64,000 nt of DNA from Staphylococcus phage AH12: sequence record OR455461.1, one strand, 5' to 3'. Shown here piece after piece: positions 59,597 through 64,000 of the stretch. The notes beneath the pieces were generated by a model. The model was given only the letters and a program-made list of their open reading frames with translations, was not told where the DNA came from and ran no database searches. A program made the position numbers and the translations under genes. Position 1 is the first letter of the stretch. Every line of letters begins with the position of its first letter.

Positions 59597-60247
59597 TTAA
59601 CTAAATAAAGAATTTATAAATATAGATCTATATTCTTTAATTGTAATTTCTTTATTATAATTGAAGAATATATTTTTAGACTGCTTTAAAGTTAAAAAGA
59701 ATTCAGCTAATGTTAATGCTTTAAGATATTGCTTTTCATTGTCTCTATTTTGTTTAAATAAATTAATGAATATATCTTCAATTCCTATTTCTTTAAAATT
59801 GTCTATATAGAATTCTTCTTTAATATCCTTCTCTACATATGGTACTTTAGTTATTGTAAAATATGAATTATTAGTTTTAACTAAATTATTTGAATCTAAT
59901 AAATCATCTATTTCTGGTTCAGTAAGACTATTAATTTCTTTAAAATCTCTGAAATTATTTACTTTTTTAATATTCTCTTTTATTAAATTTAATGTCTGAT
60001 GATTTACTATTTTACTATAAAAATTCATAGTAGTTCTTTCATTTGAGAATATATTTTCCTCCAATATTAAAGAATAACTAGCATTATTAATCATTAAAGC
60101 ATTACTATTTTCTGTAATATCCAATTGCTTTTCAATTTGTTCCATTATATCTTTATCGTAATCTATAAGTAGAACAATTGTGTTTAAATTCTTTTTATAC
60201 GTATTCCTAGATCTTTTTTGAAAATTAATTAAGTACATTATAACCAA
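59597..60247 (-). CDS. Hypothetical protein
   Basis: 216-aa ORF. Confidence 0.45.
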   Translation of the reverse strand: MVIMYLINFQKRSRNTYKKNLNTIVLLIDYDKDIMEQIEKQLDITENSNALMINNASYSLILEENIFSNERTTMNFYSKIVNHQTLNLIKENIKKVNNFRDFKEINSLTEPEIDDLLDSNNLVKTNNSYFTITKVPYVEKDIKEEFYIDNFKEIGIEDIFINLFKQNRDNEKQYLKALTLAEFFLTLKQSKNIFFNYNKEITIKEYRSIFINSLFS

Positions 60248-60310
60248 CTATATCACCACACTTATATATTAATGAATTTATAATAATTACACGTTAGTTT
60301 CATTCATTAA

Positions 60311-60715
60311 TTATTTAAATGAATTCGTTATAATTAAATTTTTAAATTGCTTTTCAGTTAATATATCTTTTAAATATCGATGGATAGTTTCTTTAAAATC
60401 ATATATTATATAATTATCATTTTCTTTTATTAAAGCACATAAATTATCACTACCATTATTATATTTCTTCAATATTTTATTTATAGTATAGTAGTCAATC
60501 TTATTATTTTCAAATATTATTGATGATAAAGCTGGTTTAATAATCACTTCATAAAAATTACTAAATGATTTTGTATAAGATTCTACATCATCTTTATCAT
60601 CAATGTGACTGAAAAATATTTGTCTTATTACAGGATAAGTATATGATCTCAATACATTATACTTAATTATTTGACTTGACAATTCATCATAATCAAATTT
60701 ATTTAATTTTTTCAT
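60311..60715 (-). CDS. Paralogous family protein (tail ...KNLIITNSFK)
   Basis: 134 aa. The C-terminus resembles the family tag. Confidence 0.45.
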   Translation of the reverse strand: MKKLNKFDYDELSSQIIKYNVLRSYTYPVIRQIFFSHIDDKDDVESYTKSFSNFYEVIIKPALSSIIFENNKIDYYTINKILKKYNNGSDNLCALIKENDNYIIYDFKETIHRYLKDILTEKQFKNLIITNSFK

Positions 60716-60811
60716 TATCTAACACCTCCTCATATAATAAATATATTTAAGACAACGTATATATTTAGTATACATTTTCTCATTTTAATAATATATATTT
60801 AAATCATATTT

Positions 60812-61213
60812 TTATTTAAATGTATTTTTTATTTTATTATTCATATATTCTTTTCTTGTGACTTCAGTATAATAATTTTCATCAGATATATCAAAATCCA
60901 TTTCAGATACAGTTCTAATAAATATATGATGTATATCATCTAAATCTTTCTTTTTACTTCTTTTTATTTTTACTTCAAGTCCTTGATAACTATTATATTT
61001 TATCTTAATATTTAATAATACAGCTAAACCCTTTCTTATTTTACCTATAGAAATAGTATTATAAAAATCAAAATGAGTTAGTATATCCATTATAGATAAA
61101 TTTTCATCTTCACTAAAATAAATATTATATCTATTAAAATCTGATAAGTTTACACGTTCTTCTATATTAAGATTTTTTACTATCCCTATAGGTGTTAATT
61201 TATAATATTTCAT
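60812..61213 (-). CDS. Paralogous family protein with conserved N- and C-terminal tags
   Basis: Starts MKYYKLTPIGIVKNL and ends ...RKEYMNNKIKNTFK. Confidence 0.5.
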   Translation of the reverse strand: MKYYKLTPIGIVKNLNIEERVNLSDFNRYNIYFSEDENLSIMDILTHFDFYNTISIGKIRKGLAVLLNIKIKYNSYQGLEVKIKRSKKKDLDDIHHIFIRTVSEMDFDISDENYYTEVTRKEYMNNKIKNTFK

Positions 61214-61226
61214 ATCAATTCCTTAT

Positions 61227-61658
61227 TTATATTATTGATTTATAGAAATCTAAATCTTCAGATAATAAATTTTTTATTGCTTTTGTTACATACGTTTGTT
61301 TATCGTATATTTTATACTCACCATCAATTTTAACTAAAGCAAATAAATCACTAGCAAAATCTGGTTCTAGTAAGATGGAAACCATCTTTTTGTTTAAAAC
61401 ACTTTCTTCATAATGATCTTCGAAGATAATGTCCGATATTGAAGGTAGTATAATTTCTTCATAATAATCTTTTATGTCATCCATTTCATTATAAGCTTCT
61501 TCTGTTCCAATATCATAATCGTCACTAAAAAATAATTCTCTTAGAACTAAATAACTATTTGACTTTAATTCTTTAGGAACACTCACCATATTTTCTTGTG
61601 TAATTTTTATTGAATCTTTTAGACTGTCTGAATCAAATAAATTGAAAAACTCATCCAT
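61227..61658 (-). CDS. Acidic hypothetical protein
   Basis: 143-aa ORF. Confidence 0.45.
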   Translation of the reverse strand: MDEFFNLFDSDSLKDSIKITQENMVSVPKELKSNSYLVLRELFFSDDYDIGTEEAYNEMDDIKDYYEEIILPSISDIIFEDHYEESVLNKKMVSILLEPDFASDLFALVKIDGEYKIYDKQTYVTKAIKNLLSEDLDFYKSII

Positions 61659-61675
61659 TTTATATCTACTCCTTT

Positions 61676-62149
61676 TTATTTAAAATTTTCTTTAATTTTA
61701 TTATTTCTATATTCTTTTTCAGTTATTTTTATATAATCTTCATTAATTATTAATCCCATTTTATTAATACCTTCTGCATTGAATGTGAATTTATCGTTAT
61801 ACCCATGATTTCTTATATTATCATATATTTCATTCAAAGTTTCTTCACCAGTTAAATGCATACTATCTTCCCATATTTCATAACCTTTAAGATCAATCCA
61901 GTAATTCACGTACGTGTTTTCTTCTTCATCTCTTAAAAAATTAGTTTCTATTTTTATAGGAAAATCTTTAATTAAATCAATTAATATAATTTCTTCATCT
62001 TCTTTTACATATAAAGATTCTAATAATTCAATATCTTTACCGTCTTTTTTCTTAATATACCAATTTCTTTCCATTAATTGAGAATAAATATCAGGATTAA
62101 TAAATAAAATTTTAGATATTCCACTTTGAGTTATTTTGTAATAATTCAT
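61676..62149 (-). CDS. Paralogous family protein with conserved N- and C-terminal tags
   Basis: Starts MNYYKITQSGISKIL and ends ...EKEYRNNKIKENFK. Confidence 0.5.
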   Translation of the reverse strand: MNYYKITQSGISKILFINPDIYSQLMERNWYIKKKDGKDIELLESLYVKEDEEIILIDLIKDFPIKIETNFLRDEEENTYVNYWIDLKGYEIWEDSMHLTGEETLNEIYDNIRNHGYNDKFTFNAEGINKMGLIINEDYIKITEKEYRNNKIKENFK

Positions 62150-62171
62150 GCTATATATATATACTCCTTTT

Positions 62172-62669
62172 TTATTTAAAAGTTTCTTTAACTTTATTCT
62201 CTTTATATTCAGTTTCAGATATTTCTATATATTGGATATTCTCTTTTAAATCATAAATTTCTTTATCTCTGCTAAAAATAAAATCTTTATTAAAAACTAA
62301 ATCTTCTGCATATTCATGAACCTCCTCAAGCGTATGGTTTTTAAAATTATCTAAAATAATACCTACACTATTCGTCAAATATCCGCCTTTCATTTCTAAA
62401 TGAGCATCCATAGTTAAGGGTCTATTTGAATTTGTAAAGACGGTGAAATTAAGCTTTAAGCTATCTTGATCTTTAATCAAGTAACGTGTTTTAATGACTT
62501 CATTTTCTTCAAAACAAAAATTTTGTTTAAGATTATCATAACCACCACCATAAGTTTCTAAAATTTGAACTACACCATCATTTATTAATTTATAATATTT
62601 CATTTTATAATATCTCTCCTTTTTATTTATATAAAAAATATAGATAACGGTCTTAAAGACCGTTATCAT
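62172..62669 (-). CDS. Paralogous family protein with conserved N- and C-terminal tags
   Basis: Internal Met MKYYKLINDGVVQIL. Ends ...ETEYKENKVKETFK. Confidence 0.5.
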   Translation of the reverse strand: MITVFKTVIYIFYINKKERYYKMKYYKLINDGVVQILETYGGGYDNLKQNFCFEENEVIKTRYLIKDQDSLKLNFTVFTNSNRPLTMDAHLEMKGGYLTNSVGIILDNFKNHTLEEVHEYAEDLVFNKDFIFSRDKEIYDLKENIQYIEISETEYKENKVKETFK

Positions 62670-62671
62670 AA

Positions 62672-64000
62672 TTATAAATCTCTTTTAGCTTCTTCAATGT
62701 TAATGATTCTAATACCTTTTTCCTTAGCTTTCTTAATTTTAGATGAACCTGAGTTTGGATCTGGAGTAACTAATAAGTCAGTTTTACCTGAAACTGATGA
62801 AGTTACTTTATGACCTTTAAGTTCTAATTGTTCTTTAAATTCAGCATCTCTAAATCCACTAAATACAATATTCATTGGCTCCACTGAATCATCTTTATTA
62901 GCTTCCATTTCTTTCTTAAGTGATTTAATATTTAATTCATTGAATAAGAATTCAATTAAATCTTTATTCTGTTTATATCCATTAATAATAATCTCAGCAG
63001 TAATATTGGCAATTCCTTTAATATCACTTAGATCTTTAATTGATAGAGTTGAATAATCAACTTCCTGTGGATCATAGACTTTTGTAACTAATTTAAATGT
63101 AGTTCTACCTACGCCATTTAATCCTAATGAACCTAATACATCATAATCATAATATTCTTTATTCTTATGAATCGTATTAATAATATTCTGAGCTGACTTC
63201 TCTTTAAAAGTATCAACTTCCATAATATCATCTTTATCAATTTCATATAGACTTTGAATACCATTAGGTAATTTATTACCTTTATATAATTTATCAATAG
63301 TAGAGTATTCAATACCTTTAATATCCATCTTAGATACATAGTTATTAATAATTCCTTGAACTCTACATTCACAATCATTATTGATACAAGATACAAATGT
63401 TTCATTTTCATTAATTTCAAGTTCTTCCCCACAATACTTACAAGTCTTAATGAACTCTATAGGTTCTCCTGTAACAGTATTTGTTGGAGATGGAGTTAAA
63501 TAACTTAACACATCATTACGATACTCTATAATAACTTCTTGACCTTTAACTAATTGAAGTTCTTTAAATCGTTTATAGTTAGCAATAGAAACTCTTTCAC
63601 ATTTAGCTCCATTAAAGTAAACAGGTTCAAATCTAACTACAGGTGTATATCTTCCTGTACCGTTTTCTGACACATCAAACTCAATATCAATTACATTAGT
63701 CTTTTTAGTCATATAAGGGAATTTTAAAGCTACATCAAACTTATTACGGTCATTTAATCTACCTAAACGATTTCTATCGTCTTCATCAAGAGCTTCAATA
63801 ACTAATCCATCAATCATGTATTCATAATCTTCTCTTTCATTAGCTATTTGATGATATAATTCATTAAAATCTTTATAATCGTGTTCATCTTCCATAACAA
63901 AATTATACTGTGGATCAAGTTGATCAAATACTTTGCTATGTGATGTAATTGCATGAATAAGATTCAATTCTTCTTGTCGAGTTAATTCTTTATTACTGAT
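62672..64000 (-). CDS. ligA: NAD-dependent DNA ligase (LigA-like), C-terminal two-thirds; the N-terminal adenylation domain lies beyond the window end
   Basis: The frame is open to position 64000. It shows OB-fold-like RNKFDVALKFP, a Cys4 zinc finger (CKYCGEEL...CINNDCEC), HhH-like GIANITAEII and a C-terminal BRCT-like GKTDLLVTPDPNSGSSKIKKAKEKGIRII. Confidence 0.7.
   Translation of the reverse strand: MSNKELTRQEELNLIHAITSHSKVFDQLDPQYNFVMEDEHDYKDFNELYHQIANEREDYEYMIDGLVIEALDEDDRNRLGRLNDRNKFDVALKFPYMTKKTNVIDIEFDVSENGTGRYTPVVRFEPVYFNGAKCERVSIANYKRFKELQLVKGQEVIIEYRNDVLSYLTPSPTNTVTGEPIEFIKTCKYCGEELEINENETFVSCINNDCECRVQGIINNYVSKMDIKGIEYSTIDKLYKGNKLPNGIQSLYEIDKDDIMEVDTFKEKSAQNIINTIHKNKEYYDYDVLGSLGLNGVGRTTFKLVTKVYDPQEVDYSTLSIKDLSDIKGIANITAEIIINGYKQNKDLIEFLFNELNIKSLKKEMEANKDDSVEPMNIVFSGFRDAEFKEQLELKGHKVTSSVSGKTDLLVTPDPNSGSSKIKKAKEKGIRIINIEEAKRDL

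Noticed and set aside
1-64000. tRNA or rRNA genes
   Set aside because: No GC-rich cloverleaf-like segments or rRNA-like conserved stretches were seen in the intergenic regions, which are all extremely AT-rich. This could not be scanned with a covariance model, so low-scoring tRNAs cannot be excluded.

Overview
This window is very AT-rich (roughly 25-30% GC by eye), densely coding, and shows no rRNA, tRNA or CRISPR arrays. It reads as a slice of a large (probably jumbo) tailed phage of a low-GC Gram-positive host. Four T4-type morphogenesis genes are recognisable: a gp23-like major capsid protein, an acidic gp22-like scaffold candidate, a gp21-like prohead protease and a gp17-like large terminase. 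There are also a split multisubunit RNA polymerase (beta N-terminal part and beta-prime N-terminal part as separate genes), an HU-like protein, a primase-like protein and an NAD-dependent ligase. This combination resembles PBS1/AR9-like jumbo phages, but that is inference only. The most striking feature is seven small ORF-less group I intron cores, all of one family, carrying the conserved P, Q, R and S core elements. Two interrupt terL, three interrupt the prohead-protease gene and two interrupt the RNAP beta-prime gene. Two fibre genes (2876 aa and 998 aa) are built from repeated modules that each end in a [LIV]E+GN+ATDW+P+PEDI motif. A hypervariable family of at least 10 paralogues shares conserved N- and C-terminal tags (C-terminus ...EYK..K[IV]KE.FK). 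There are two sets of tandem-triplicated membrane or anchored proteins, several very acidic repeat proteins, a recurring promoter-like motif followed by a conserved hairpin and RBS, a family of GAGGTAATGA hairpins, and a 490-bp almost G/C-free divergent intergenic region. All splice boundaries are approximate.
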